DNA of 63,938 bases, filler included, from Octopus bimaculoides (GCF_001194135.2; 8 parts of 8 records of this genome joined end to end with filler, not necessarily neighbours in it); one strand, 5' to 3'; shown: positions 1 to 12,552, numbered from the whole stretch's first letter. Notes: generated by a model from the sequence alone, not told the origin. Translations and numbers: made by a program.

Positions 1-18
1 TATATATATATATATATA

Positions 19-163
19 TGCACGACGGGCTTCTACACAGTTTACGTCTACAAACTTCCTCCAAGGTCATAGGTTAAGATGGGTCTGTAGTAGACACTTG
101 CCCAAAGTATAACTGGACAGGACTCGAAATCATATAGTTTCAAAACGGACTCAACTTATTTCA
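19..163 (-). mobile_element. Decayed 5' half of tRNA-derived SINE (family A)
   Basis: Contains acgacgggcttc...gtagacacttgcccaa, the reverse complement of the family-A body seen intact at 28200-28598 and 33781-34240. Confidence 0.75.
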
Positions 164-954
164 AAATCTTTTTACGGCTTTTTGTAATTTCACAGAACGA
201 GTCAAACATTATTTCTATTTTTCCCTTTATATAATATATACAATATCCTAGTTTGATTATTTTGATCTTTCAGTGAAAAATATGATTGCTTTGAATTAGT
301 ATTTTTAAAATGACAATTTTTCAAATCTTTGTACTGGCTTAAAAACATACAAATGCTTTGTGAAATTTATCCACGCATATACATTCACAAAGCCATACCG
401 TTGTAGGAAGTGAAATTTTTTTTCTCTTAAATTCCAACTGATCCATTAAAATTCTGTACAATACAAGATTGTTAAAGCTTGTTCATTTAATTAGAGAACA
501 GCTTCTACGCCAAGCTGTCTTTTCAGATTTGACTGAATACTGATCTATATTCAAATATTTTTTTATCTTTATATTTCAGTTTCCTTTCTTTTGCAGTTCC
601 GCAACCTTTTCTTCCACTTCCTTGTCCGCTGACCTTTCTACATAAACTGTATTTTGACATTTTACAATTTAGATATTTCATTACTTTGAATAAAATGAAA
701 TTCTTTCATCGTCAATTTTAAAAGAAATTTCAAAACTCATCATGTGCAATTGGCATTCTCTTATTGAACAAGCAGATATGCAAAACTTGAAATGGCATTC
801 AATTTGAAGTTCACAGTAAATTTGAGTCACCGCCATTGTTTTTTTTTAAAGACTCTTGCATTTAGTAACGCGCATGCGTGCACACACCCGCGTGCGTACG
901 CATTCATAGTATACTTATGATGTATGTGTGCTTATGTTCTCTGTACTGTAGACA

Positions 955-1270
955 CAAGTCTTGAAATTTGGTGAGGGGAGCAGTGTAGTCGATTACATCG
1001 ACCCTTAGTGTTTAACTGGTACTTATTTACAGATCCCGAAAGGATGGAAGGCACTGTCGACCACGGTAGAAAAGGAACTCTGAGCGTAAATCAGGAAGAA
1101 ATGCCGCTAAACATCACGTCCGGTGTGCTAACGAGTCTGTCAACTCATAGATTTTGAAAATGAAAGGAAACGTTGACCTCGACATGATTTGAGCCTAAAG
1201 CGCAGAGAATCGGTGTAAAGAACGCGAGGCATTATATCCGATGTTCTTGCAACCGAGTCAGTTCACCTAA
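955..1270 (-). mobile_element. SINE family B, one copy plus a fragment
   Basis: gtcgattacatcgacc...actggtacttattt...cccgaaaggatggaagg...gaaatgccgctaa, matching the copies at 34845-37110. Confidence 0.7.
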
Positions 1271-1299
1271 TTTCCGGACCTGTTAAATATCCAGCGATA

Positions 1300-1400
1300 C
1301 AGTCCTTTACTTAGGTGATTGGCCAAAAATTTTATCGACTGGGTTTAGCATGCGCGTACTCATCGCGCTAAACTTTAAGATTTGAAACCGCACGTACAAG
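1300..1400. promoter_or_regulatory. Candidate promoter (CpG-rich unique DNA with CCAAT box)
   Basis: GATTGG (reverse CCAAT) near 1317, gcatgcgcgt (partial NRF1/EWG-like) and visibly raised CpG density over 1270-1800; no transcript evidence. Confidence 0.25.
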
Positions 1401-1630
1401 ATTAGCGCAACTGAACTACAATACCACCATCAGCAGTATAGGTAAAAAATAATGCCGAATTTTGCTCAATTCAATAGAGGGAAACTGTGTACATCTATAT
1501 CTGAACCTCTGCAACTGAATGCTTTGCAATTCGTGACCGGCTACGTTCACCGCCATTAGTGATATTGAAAGCAGGATTATAAGTTACACTACGAATCCGA
1601 TTTTATTTTACAACTAAACCTTCTGGATTA

Positions 1631-1693
1631 ATGAGAATGGCGATTAATGAAAATCCGCGTGGATGTTGCGACAGAGCAGCGTTTCAAGACTTA
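1631..1693 (+). CDS. Candidate first coding exon (MRMAINENPRGCCDRAAFQDL), unverified
   Basis: ATG at 1631, 21 open codons, donor-like TTA|GTAAGC at 1694, downstream of the CpG/CCAAT region; no protein family recognised. Confidence 0.15.
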
Positions 1694-1831
1694 GTAAGCC
1701 TTTTTTGAACTGAAACTCTCTAAGTAAATGAAATTGCCCGGTATTTCTGGGTTGTAAAGACGACAGTTTCGCAGTTCTGAATAGTTTCACTTCCATGGTA
1801 ATCGTACGATAATAACAAAATAACAACAACA

Positions 1832-1835
<4 letters not shown>

Positions 1836-1875
<40 letters not shown>

Positions 1876-1876
1876 G

Positions 1877-1920
<44 letters not shown>
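1836..1920. repeat. (GATA)n microsatellite
   Basis: Direct tandem repeat. Confidence 0.95.
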
Positions 1921-1921
<1 letters not shown>

Positions 1922-2639
1922 TCAAGGCATGTAATTTGAAAATAAACATTGGCACTAGTAGTTTTATAGTTGCTTGTAATAACTATTATTCTAAACGTTT
2001 GGTTAAAAAAACTCCTCATATAAGCAAATAGCTTTTCAAAGGCAGTATTTAAAATATAGTTAAATACGACAGATTTTACGTAACCTAATGGAGTCTAAAG
2101 TCGTAAATAAAAATCTAAAACACAACCATGTTTTTACAATTCCCGACTTGAAACGAATATATTTACTTCACGCTTATCAGTGCATATAAGAGAAATTGTT
2201 CATGTATGTATGTAAGAATGTCTTTGGTATGTGTGTCTTGTTTGGTGTTGTTTATATCTTAGAATAAAGCACGCCATAGCATGTTAGTGACAGCATTGTT
2301 GTCGAAGCCAAAACAGTTATATGAGTTTAAGTCTGTGCTATACTTTAACCACACATTTTATTAATAAGAAATGTATATTTTGCGTGTGTTTTTGTATGAT
2401 TTGGTTTATATCTCAGAGTAAACCACACGAATCAAGCCCCACCAAAATTTTAATGATGTCATTCTTCTTGAAACCGAAAAAATTATATCAATTTACATTA
2501 GTACTGTACTGTAATCATGCAATGTTTAATTAATGTAGCTCGCTTAGGCGAAGATAGCTTTCCTAAAACAGTAGAATGACGAACTAAATACATTGCAGTA
2601 CTTTGTTTCCACCAATTTCGGAGTTCAAATCCTAATGAG

Positions 2640-2890
2640 TTCAATTTTGCTTTCTAATTTCTTAATGGTGGATAAATCCTTTGTAGTGGAAGCACAAGGC
2701 TTGAAACTGAAAGGGAGAGGATGTAGTCGATTTCATCAACCCCAGTATTTAACTGGTATTTATTTTATCGACTCAGAACGGACGAACGGTAAGGTCGACC
2801 ACGACGGTATTTGAACTCGGAACGAAAAGCTGAAAGAAATGACGCTAAACATTTTGTTCGATGCGCAAACGATTCTGTCAGCTCGCTGCC
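2640..2890 (-). mobile_element. SINE family B (minus copy preceded by a short plus-strand fragment)
   Basis: gcacaaggcttgaaa...gtcgatttcatcaaccccag...actggtatttattttatcgac...aaggtcgacc...tttgaactc...ctgtcagctcgctgcctt. Confidence 0.7.
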
Positions 2891-3744
2891 TTCTAGTGGT
2901 GGATAAACATTAACCATTTATTGGCATTTTTTTTCCTTAACAATTTCAAATTCCTTGTATAATTATCACAAATTAATAATTTCGTTGTTGATCATCATCA
3001 GTGAATTATGCCTTTGGAATGTGATATAATGCAGCTGGTCCCTTGAAAATAATGGAAGCTGTACGAGGCACCTTGTCTTATGATTTGCAGTCGAACCTTC
3101 ATGAAACCATATCCACTCTATTTAAAAAGGAAGTACAGGTTGTTATACATAATCTTTGATAAAGAGAAAAGTTGGATGGTCAAGGCTGGAACGTATTTAA
3201 ATATATGTGTGTTTGATAAAAGTTGAATAGGTAGTAATCAAACATCAATAATTGCAACTTATTTCGCTTGGCTTAAAATGTATCATCTCGGTATTAAACA
3301 GAACTATGTGCTAAAATGTGATGTTTCAAGAGAACTTCCGCTTCTTGAACTTGCGATAGCTCTCTATGAGGTACCTAATTACTGACTTCGGCTGTGAGAC
3401 TGAGTGTTCGCCATTGATACACAGCTGGTTGGATACAAATTTGATTGTTTTCTGCACAATGGAATCTACTTGGAAATCTACGAAGTTTCATTACTGATGA
3501 TTTAGTAACAAGCATAGATACAAGAGCCGCCACGTAATCCACAGTTACCAACTGATTAAAATTAGAAAACATGCAAATCATGTGAGATTAATCTATGTTT
3601 AAATTCATGGACTTAAATTTTTTTAGACCTCTATAACCTCGCATGAAACCAAAAATTAAGAATATGGATTAAGTTTTAAATACAAAATTGTAAAGTCTCC
3701 TGGATGTTATTGTCTCAAGTCCTGTAACTTATACGGTCGGTTAA

Positions 3745-3925
3745 TCGGTTTTCTCGGCGTATAAAGGACTGAAATTATAACATGGCTCCTGAAAGTGACC
3801 CCAGTCTATTGCAGTGATTGTCACGTAGTCCTTGAGTAACGTGAAATCAAATGTTTTGCTCAAGAGCAGAACGGTCGCCTTCATCCGGGAATCGAAACTC
3901 TCAAACGACCAGGCCACACAGCTTC
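3745..3925 (-). mobile_element. Decayed SINE family C
   Basis: tgaaatcaaatgttttgctcaagagcagaacg...gggaatcgaaact (reverse B-box GTTCGATTCCC). Confidence 0.55.
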
Positions 3926-5125
3926 ACTTAAAACTTATGACCAAAAATACTAATCTAATATTGATTTCTTTCCAATGAAATAACAGAATTAGAGTTTCAT
4001 AATTTTTCTCTCAACTCGATACACTCCGACATGCTCTTATGCAATATTAATTCGCTACTCATGAGAAAAAGTTTTCACGTGCACTTAGTCGCCCATAATT
4101 AGCTGTGAGATATTTCTCAAATTATATTTTACAAAAGAAGGACAGAGTCTGTATTATAATTCTAAATATAGTAGTAAGTACAACCAAGCATTATTTATAT
4201 GAGAGTATGGCTTCTAAACATGAACCATACATTCGCTCACTGCTTTTGATGTTTCTTTAATTTCGAGGAGACATAAATCCCTTTTCAATCCCCTTCAATC
4301 TTGACCCTGTTGAACATTGAACATTGGACATTCAGGATGTGTTAGCTGGAAGGAGTGTGAGCTGCAACAGCGTCCAAAAGATACTCATGATATCTTACTA
4401 GATTTGAGCGAAAACAAAGGAAGTTCACTTCTGGAGGACACAAAACGCTATTCGGCCCAGGAATCGTCATACAAGTACTATTACAACTACACACATGCCC
4501 ACAATGCTAGAAATAGTGCCTCAATAAAGAAATTAAAATGGTCAGGCTTGGAAAGTGTTTGATCACAGGTTTCCTTAATCCGGTCCTAAACATTGGTAGC
4601 AAACCAATAGGAAAACGAAACGCAACAAACAATCCCTCATGTCATCGTATTGACAGTTCCATTTGAAATGATGCCTTTACCATTACATTGTAATAATAAA
4701 CCTGACTGGCCAATGGAACACCATGATATAACGAAATTATATAGTGATCCAAGATACGAAATACAGTATATTGCAATGAAGCCAGTCATTATTCTTTATA
4801 TCCTTATATGTGTGAATTTCTTGACATAAATACTGGTTTCCAATTAATTAGCTATATAAACTTCACTTTGTCTCCTTAATAATACTGTCTTTGTTAAACT
4901 TCCAGACATTCTATAACCTTTTCTAGCGATTTTTTTTGCATTCATTATTTATCTCTGCATTTATTTCGATATTTATGTTTTTTTAATCTTTTTGTTCCTA
5001 TATCTTTTACGTTATTTCCTTTCCACTTCCCGTTAATTCTCTTCTTTCTTTCTCTCTTTCTTTCTTTTATTGACTTATTTCTTGATTTCTTTCTTGCTTC
5101 CTTCGAAATTTATAATCTGTTTTCA

Positions 5126-5222
5126 TTCTTCTTCTTCTTCTTCTTCTTCTTCTTCTTCTTCTTCTTCTTCTTCTTCTTCTTCTTCTTCTTCTTCTTCTTC
5201 TTCTTCTTCTTCTTCTTCTTCT
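5126..5222. repeat. (TTC)n microsatellite
   Basis: Direct tandem repeat; source of the poly-Ser ORF. Confidence 0.95.
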
Positions 5223-5999
5223 TTGTCTCTCATACTGTTTCAGCGCGTTTTATGTTATTTTTTTTTTACCAAACACACAGCACAACTTCTTGAAGTTGAA
5301 ATATAGCTTAATTCAACAAGAATATGAAAATAATAAAATCTACAACTGCTGAGTACGCAGCAATCTTAATAATCGATATCATCGATGGTATCACATCATC
5401 ATCAAAATGATCATCGGCATTGTTATTATCAAACACAAAAAATATAAATGCTGATAAACAAAACGAAAACGGTGTGGAAAACAGAATCAAAATAAGTAAA
5501 TAAATAAATGAATATATAAATAGATTAATAAAATAATACGAATTGTGAACGCGGATCGTTCGAACCCTCAAAATAGCAGTCAAATATGTTCCACTTACGT
5601 TGTGTGGTCTTAGGAAAATGAAGGACAGTGGAACAATGCAGTTCTAGATATAAGATAATAGGAATACGTTACGACTAGTAGTTCCAGCATAATCAACTCT
5701 ACAACAACAACAATGGAGGTGATGACGGCAGCAGTAGTAAAAACAACAAAAACGGCAACAACGAGAGTAACTTCAAGAAAAGCAACAAAAACGATAACAA
5801 ACATTAAGTGCCACAACAAGAATAACAATAACAGCAACAATGATATCATCAAAAATCACTACAAGAAACGCAGCAGAAAGCATTGACTGCAGGGGAACGT
5901 TTGACAAAAACAACCTTCTTTATAAAATATGCAACATTTACGTGAACGAGGAAAACTACAACAATAAAACACGATTAAAATGATGATGACAATGATAAA

Positions 6000-6320
6000 A
6001 AGCAATCCATTGGTTACGAAGTCGAGAATGTCAGTTGATCCGATCTCTGGAAAAGCCTGTGCCTGAAAATAATATGCAAACGGCTGAGCACTCCTCAGAC
6101 ACGCATGCCTTCATTTAGTTCTCAAGGAAACTTAGCGTGACACAGTGTATGACAAGGCTGGCCCTTAGAAATATAGGGGCAACTCATTTATGCTAGTTGT
6201 GCAGATTGGAACAACCTGAAATAAAGTGCTTTTGTCAGGGACACAACGCACCGGCAGGAATCGAACCCAAGACCTTACAATCGTAGGCCGAATACCTGAA
6301 CCACTAAGCCATGCACCTTC
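6000..6320 (-). mobile_element. SINE family C with tRNA-like head
   Basis: Reverse complement reads aaggtgcatggcttagtggtt (A box)...ggttcgattcc (B box)...gcgttgtgtccctgacaaaagcactttatttca. Confidence 0.75.
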
Positions 6321-6959
6321 AAAGAAAGATAACTGTAACAGATGGGGTGACACTAGAAAAAAACACTAACAACAACAATAATTTCTGCGTAACTAACCGA
6401 ACGACAATAACAACATTTATAAACAATGACTCGAGCGGCGACTAATGACAAAAATATTAACAAGAGAGATTAGATATTAATCAAGCCAGACAATCAGTAA
6501 ATTAAAAATAAAATGTAAATTGAAATAGAAATAACAAAATATTTTCGCGTAATTAATCTTTATCAGCAAATAATGATTAAATATATCTCACATATTAATC
6601 TTAATTATATGCTGTCTCTGCCCAATGGTGTCTACAATATTTTCCGACTTTAAATTAATAGTTTGAAAAACCTTCTTTCAATAATTTGTTCTATTTAGCT
6701 ATAAGTAGTTTACTGCAGTTTTGCATTGTCCGTTCTTGTAACAAACAGCACCAGTGCTATAAAATCCACTAGGAAATGTGCCGTTCCGTACCGCTGCGTA
6801 CAGACTTCTATGCTGTTTGTTTATCAAAGATGAAACCGTGTTTTTCTGGGGGGGTTTTTTTAAATCAGTCTACCCCTAAGAAATATTAAACATTTAACTA
6901 TACTTTAAAGAAATGTGTTGTGTAAAGTCGAGGCAATACAGGAAGGTACAACGTAAACT

Positions 6960-7250
6960 ACAGAAGGCGAAAGAAAAGGAAACGAGGCTATAGGTTTAAC
7001 GTATGTTTCTATATTTGGGGGCTACGACCTCTTCTTCAGAACATTTGTAAACACGAAGGGTAGAAAAGTCGTTACTCAGAGATGGAAGTGGGTGTGGGAA
7101 GGAGGATCGTGACATGCGCAGATTAGTGTTGCTATAGTAACCAGTCTGCTTCATGTAGTTCCTTCTTGTTGTTTAAAAATGTTTCTGATCAGTGACCGTC
7201 ATTGATTCAAATCGTTCAAGTGACGTAACGCCTTTCTTTTTTTTTTTTTG
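6960..7250 (-). mobile_element. Possible Penelope-like element 3' end with decayed hammerhead
   Basis: Minus strand gttCTGAAGAagagg...GAAAc...gttaaacc; ends resemble the intact hammerhead at 11408-11442. Confidence 0.3.
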
Positions 7251-7358
7251 AAATGTCATTGGTTTACTCCGTCAGCGTTGTTTTTAACGTAATACACAAA
7301 TGAATGAATTCATCGCGTTTCTAGATGTTTCTGCTTTTTGTAATGTGTCGTTCTAAAC

Positions 7359-7398
<40 letters not shown>

Positions 7399-8688
7399 NN
7401 NNNNNNNNNNNNNNNNNNNNNNNNNNNNNNNNNNNNNNNNNNNNNNNNNNNNNNNNNNNNNNNNNNNNNNNNNNNNNNNNNNNNNNNNNNNNNNTATTCA
7501 AGTAACAGCGGCATTTTTCTTGTTTCTGCCTGTCTCTGTTTCACGTGTTAACTCTTGTGGGTTCGAAGAAGGACGGCAGTTGCGCACGGGTCAGTCGGTC
7601 CTAAAAAGCGGGCGAAAGCTTCCACGAAAGGCGCCGGAACCATCTTGTTGGGAAGGAAGCTTCTTACCACTCATCCACGCCTGTGTTATACAATTATATT
7701 TGTATAGTCGAAAATTCTTTACAATATTTTAATGATGTCAACACCTTTTTTCTTTACTACTGTTTCGTGTAGAGTGATATTAATGTGCTACATTATCTCC
7801 TTCTAAATACATAGTAAGGAGAACCTATTATATATGCGATTCTGATGCATCAATTTCAGATATGAAGTTTACATTGCCATTAACATTGTATTCTGTATCA
7901 GGTTTGTATAGATTTCATCAGATTGGAGCCTGTTTCTATCAACGCAACATCACGCATTTACAAGCCACAAACATACTTGTGACAACCATTATAACGTAAA
8001 ATTTCAAACTAAGAGATATGTCCTTAAATGGTAGAAATGATTGTAAGTTTCTGGTGTTACACCAGACTGTGATTTCAGGGGAAAAACTTTATATTGTCGC
8101 TATTTACAGTGGTTGATATACATCATTATTTTACCAGGTTCTTTGGTTGAATTCTAATATTGATTGCTTGAGGGCATGTCTACAGTTGTTATCTTTTCTT
8201 GTGCTAATTCGTAAGCTGTTCTCTTTTTTTCATATGTCGACGTCTTTGTTATTTCGATTTCCGATTTTTAGATATTGGCGATGTATTTTTTCTACACAAA
8301 GTTTCCTACTGTTTTCGCTGTCTATCGCATATTTTCATTTCTTTTCCAACATGGTGAATTGCTATAAACATACATAAGACATATATATATATATTTATAA
8401 ATATATATATATATATATANNNNNNNNNNNNNNNNNNNNNNNNNNNNNNNNNNNNNNNNNNNNNNNNNNNNNNNNNNNNNNNNNNNNNNNNNNNNNNNNN
8501 NNNNNNNNNNNNNNNNNNNNNNNNNNNNNNNNNNNNNNNNNNNNNNNNNNNNNNNNNNNNNNNNNNNNNNNNNNNNNNNNNNNNNNNNNNNNNNNNNNNN
8601 NNNNNNNNNNNNNNNNNNNNNNNNNNNNNNNNNNNNNNNNNNNNNNNNNNNNNNNNNNNNNNNNNNNNNNNNNNNNNNNNNNNNNNNN

Positions 8689-8768
<80 letters not shown>

Positions 8769-8959
8769 TTGCATTTATGTATGCATATATATATATAAAT
8801 GTTTTTTCTGTATGTGTGTGTATATGTGTGTATGTGTCTCTATGTTTTTGTGTGTCTGTGCAACTTGTGTACGTAACTGAAAAAACCAACGACAACCTGC
8901 GAGACATATTCACGTGTGAAGTCAACAAACAGTAACGGTAACCCAACAGAGAAAACACA

Positions 8960-9890
8960 CATAAAACAGAGCTTCAAGCTCGATCCACAGGAAGTGAAAC
9001 TTAATGAAGCCATTGTAATTTGTTAAAAGGATAAGACCAACGGGATCATTACGTTTGATAATGATGAATATTCCACGCAAATAAATGATCAGAAGCTCAC
9101 GAAAATTAAGATATCTAATACAGTTCAACTAAAATTAAGTTGAATAATTAATTACTATCTCTAAAGCTTGAATAAGTCATACGCTCCTGATAATATTCTC
9201 TGATCCCAAGCTTAGCAAATCATTGTACCCACGCAAAAATTAGCCAAAGTCTTGAAACATAATCTACAAATATTTACTTAGCAAAATTGAGCATTCGATC
9301 AACTGATGACTTTATAGAAATTCTATATAAAATTGACAATGTTGGCAAAACTTTCCAATATGTTTCATCGAGTGTCTTTTTGCAAGCGCCCAAGAAACGG
9401 AAACTATCAATGAAAACACATTGGACAGAGTGTATATACATTATAAAAGAATTACTGGCTATTGCACAAAATATTATGCAAAAGTTTCTGATATCCTGTA
9501 TAACACAAGTAGCCTTCCATTCTCCATAAGGTAATCCATACATGAAACCATGGTGTGGTTACAGGTTTCTCCCTCGGGCACACAGGCTAAGCAGCCCACG
9601 TGGCGAATATGGAAAACAATGTCGTCTTCAAACGACATTTCTTTATTCCTTAATTCGGGACAAGTCGGGATCAGATGAAAGAGAACAAATTCAAGAATGG
9701 AAGAGTCTTTAGAGTTGCTAGAAAGAGTAAAATGTTGACGGAAAAGTTTATACGAATTCAACCAGAATGTGAACACAACACAAAAATACTCAGTTCTTGA
9801 AAATGAGCCTGTGGAAGTCTGGAAGCGTCGAAAAAAGAAACTAAGAAACTTTCTCATTCGGAACTAGCTGTAAAATGGTATAAAAATATG
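8960..9890 (+). mobile_element. Penelope-like retroelement reverse-transcriptase remnant (frameshifted)
   Basis: Translated pieces DKTNGIITFDNDEYSTQINDQ (cf. PLE ADKGNxxVIxDxxxY), STDDFIEIL, ETINENTLDRVY (cf. ETIxIILDRVY) and KELLAI; many stops. Confidence 0.6.
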
Positions 9891-10854
9891 AAAAGATCTA
9901 GAACAAATTATTGAACTTGAACATAGTCGCATAGTTAATCAAACACACGCTCACACGCTCGCACACTCACGCGCGCACACACGCTCAGACACACATACAA
10001 AACAAACAAAACAAGCAAACACACAAGCACACACATACGTACACACACACACAAAACAAAGAAACACGCAAGCACACACATACACGCGCATTTAGACACA
10101 CGCACATACGCACACATAGCGGAAGAGGAAAGAAAAAGCAAGATATCATTGAAAGATGTTAGTGAGATCATAAATTTGAAGTTAACTAGATGAGCAGGAA
10201 AAGAACGGGTGCAGGAATGATAACATAGTGAGTTAAGTAAACTGTGGAAAAACTGCGGAACAAAAAAGCGGAGGACTAAGAATATTGTACTGAATTTAGA
10301 ATATGAATATTATTATTTTCTTTTTTTAATGTGATATGTGAATATTGATAAAGAGAAAGAAAAAAAAAACCTAGTGAGTTAATCTAATAATCTTGTCAAT
10401 CAAATTCAAAGCTCTTAAATCATTTGTATTTAAGTTTCAGCAAATGTTTAATTATTTTTTACAGAAAAAAAAAACAAACTTCGGCTGCAATATTTTTAAG
10501 CTTCCACTTTTTTCGTGAATCAGATTCAATTAACGCCTGCATCAGTATTTTCTCTAGTAGGTCACTCATTTTTATTTTCAGGCAAAGCGGTATCTTTGTA
10601 ATCAAAAATCATTAAATTTATTAATAAAATTTCCATACACAATATCCAATGTATTTAAAATTTGAATTTCAAGTAAATCTTTCATTGTCATATTGAAGAA
10701 TATAATAAAGCAGATTTGACTAAAACCGTAGCAAAGTAAATGAAATACACGTAAAAGCAAATTCTATGTAAATGAATTTATGCACAACAAGCAGTAGAGA
10801 AATGGACGAACAAAGAACGAACAGTTTGATTGTGTTTGCTTAAAGATCAAATAC

Positions 10855-10947
10855 CCAATAAAGTAATAAATAATTTGGCGAAAACTAACAATGAAGCCAA
10901 AAATGAGAGGATGATACATAAGATTAATGTAGAAATCAAAAGTACGC
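10855..10947 (-). CDS. Candidate 93-nt hydrophobic exon, unverified
   Basis: Acceptor tgatcttttatttgcag, donor G|gtattt, phase 1-1, open frame GVLLISTLILCIILSFLASLLVFAKLFITLL; T-rich DNA can produce this by chance. Confidence 0.12.
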
Positions 10948-11407
10948 CTGCAAATAAAAGATCACAGAACATGCGAAGATGTTGGCATAATAATAACAAA
11001 TGATAAATGTCAATAGCCATAAACATAAGTAAGGCAAGAGATTCTTTTTTAAGCTGGAGATACACACATAGGTATTCTCTCATAGTTTGTTGCTGCATCT
11101 CTGATTTGACAGCAGAGATGATTTCTTAAACAGAATTTTTTGATAATAAGACTTATTTTATATACGATCATCTGCTGATTTGGTAAGGTTTTGGCTTCAT
11201 AACCATCTTATAACAAAGGCAATTTTGACGAGATGGTCACAAATAGATTACTCTCGTTAAAGTCTTCTATTCTAAAATCACAAAAATGTGATGAAATAAA
11301 TGCGACATCAGACGTCACCCATTCACATTTCATCACTCTTGCTGTATAACTGCTAACTACAGTACTTCTAAAGTATTAGCAGAGGCTTAGGGATGGAAAG
11401 AAAGGTG

Positions 11408-11442
11408 GTTTTACGTTTCGAGCAAAGCTCTTCTTCAGAAAC
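11408..11442 (-). ncRNA. Minimal type-I hammerhead ribozyme (PLE/retrozyme type)
   Basis: Minus strand GUUU-CUGAAGA-A-GAGC-uuu-GCUC-GAAA-C-GUA-AAAC: stem I GUUU/AAAC, stem II GAGC/GCUC, palindromic ACGU stem III, GUA cleavage triplet. Confidence 0.7.
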
Positions 11443-11619
11443 AGAGGAAGGTCCAACAGAAAAGGAAGACGGAGGAAATAAAATCGCCAACGATTCACAT
11501 GTGGTTACATTTAATATATATATGCAATCCCTACCCACGCATATATATGCATACATAAATATGAACATACGTGCCTATATATATGAATGTGAATGTGTTT
11601 ATACACATTAAGATCTCAT

Positions 11620-11990
11620 CAAATACTGTGCAATAGTTCCACTAGGTAGCAACTTGTGCAAGTGTCTTCGACTATAGCCTAATGCCGATCAAGTAGATTT
11701 AATAGAAGGGAACTGAAAGAATCCCGACGTATATATGTATATGTGTATGTGTTTGTTTGTGTGTGTGTGCCTGCGTGAGCCTTTCTGTGTGTTTTTCCCA
11801 CTCTCGATTGACAACTGACATTGGTGTGTATACGTCCTCGTAACCTAGAGGTTCGGCATGACGAATCAACAGAAAAAGTACCAGGCTTTAAAAAAGTACT
11901 GGGGTCAATTCATTCGATTACAGATTCTTCAAGGCGGTGCCCCAGCGTGGCCGCAGTATAATGCCTGAGACATGTAAAAGGTAAAAGGTA
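11620..11990 (+). mobile_element. Decayed SINE family A
   Basis: gcaagtgtcttcgactatagcc...actgaaagaatcccgacgta...ggttcggca...aaggcggtgcccagcgtggccgcag...gtaaaaggtaaaagg. Confidence 0.75.
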
Positions 11991-12376
11991 TGCATGTACG
12001 CATGTACACATGTATATTAGTACCGTTTTACGCTTTCAGAAAATACTAAATACAACATTAGACGCACTTTTATATCAATACATATTTGTACTACATACAT
12101 ATAAATACGGCACATATGCAAAACGCAAAAACATTCATAGGGATGATGTAATGTATCATATTTTAGGAACATTGCAATAGATCCTGAGAAATAATATTCT
12201 GCTACGCAAACAGTAAAACATGAAGCTGCAATCTTACAATATATTATTTAAACTGTACAATCTATATTAAGTATTTTCATATTATCACGCACAGGCAATT
12301 TTGAATCACACAGGCCCAAGAACAGACAAGTGTATGAATATATAGCCACACACGTATGTATTATACATGCATAAAC

Positions 12377-12414
<38 letters not shown>

Positions 12415-12417
12415 GCA

Positions 12418-12552
12418 TGAAATAAGTTGAGTCCGTTTTGAAACTATATGATTTCGAGTCCTGTCCAGTTATACTTTGGGCAAGTGTCTACTACAGACCC
12501 ATCTTAACCTATGACCTTGGAGGAAGTTTGTAGACGTAAACTGTGTAGAAGC
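12418..12552 (+). repeat. Exact inverted copy of 29-163 (SINE A fragment), abutting an artificial join
   Basis: The reverse complement of these 135 bp is identical to 29-163. Confidence 0.9.

Noticed and set aside
9300-9330. CTGATGA...GAAA hammerhead-like words
   Set aside because: No stem II; lies inside the PLE RT coding remnant (STDDFIEI)
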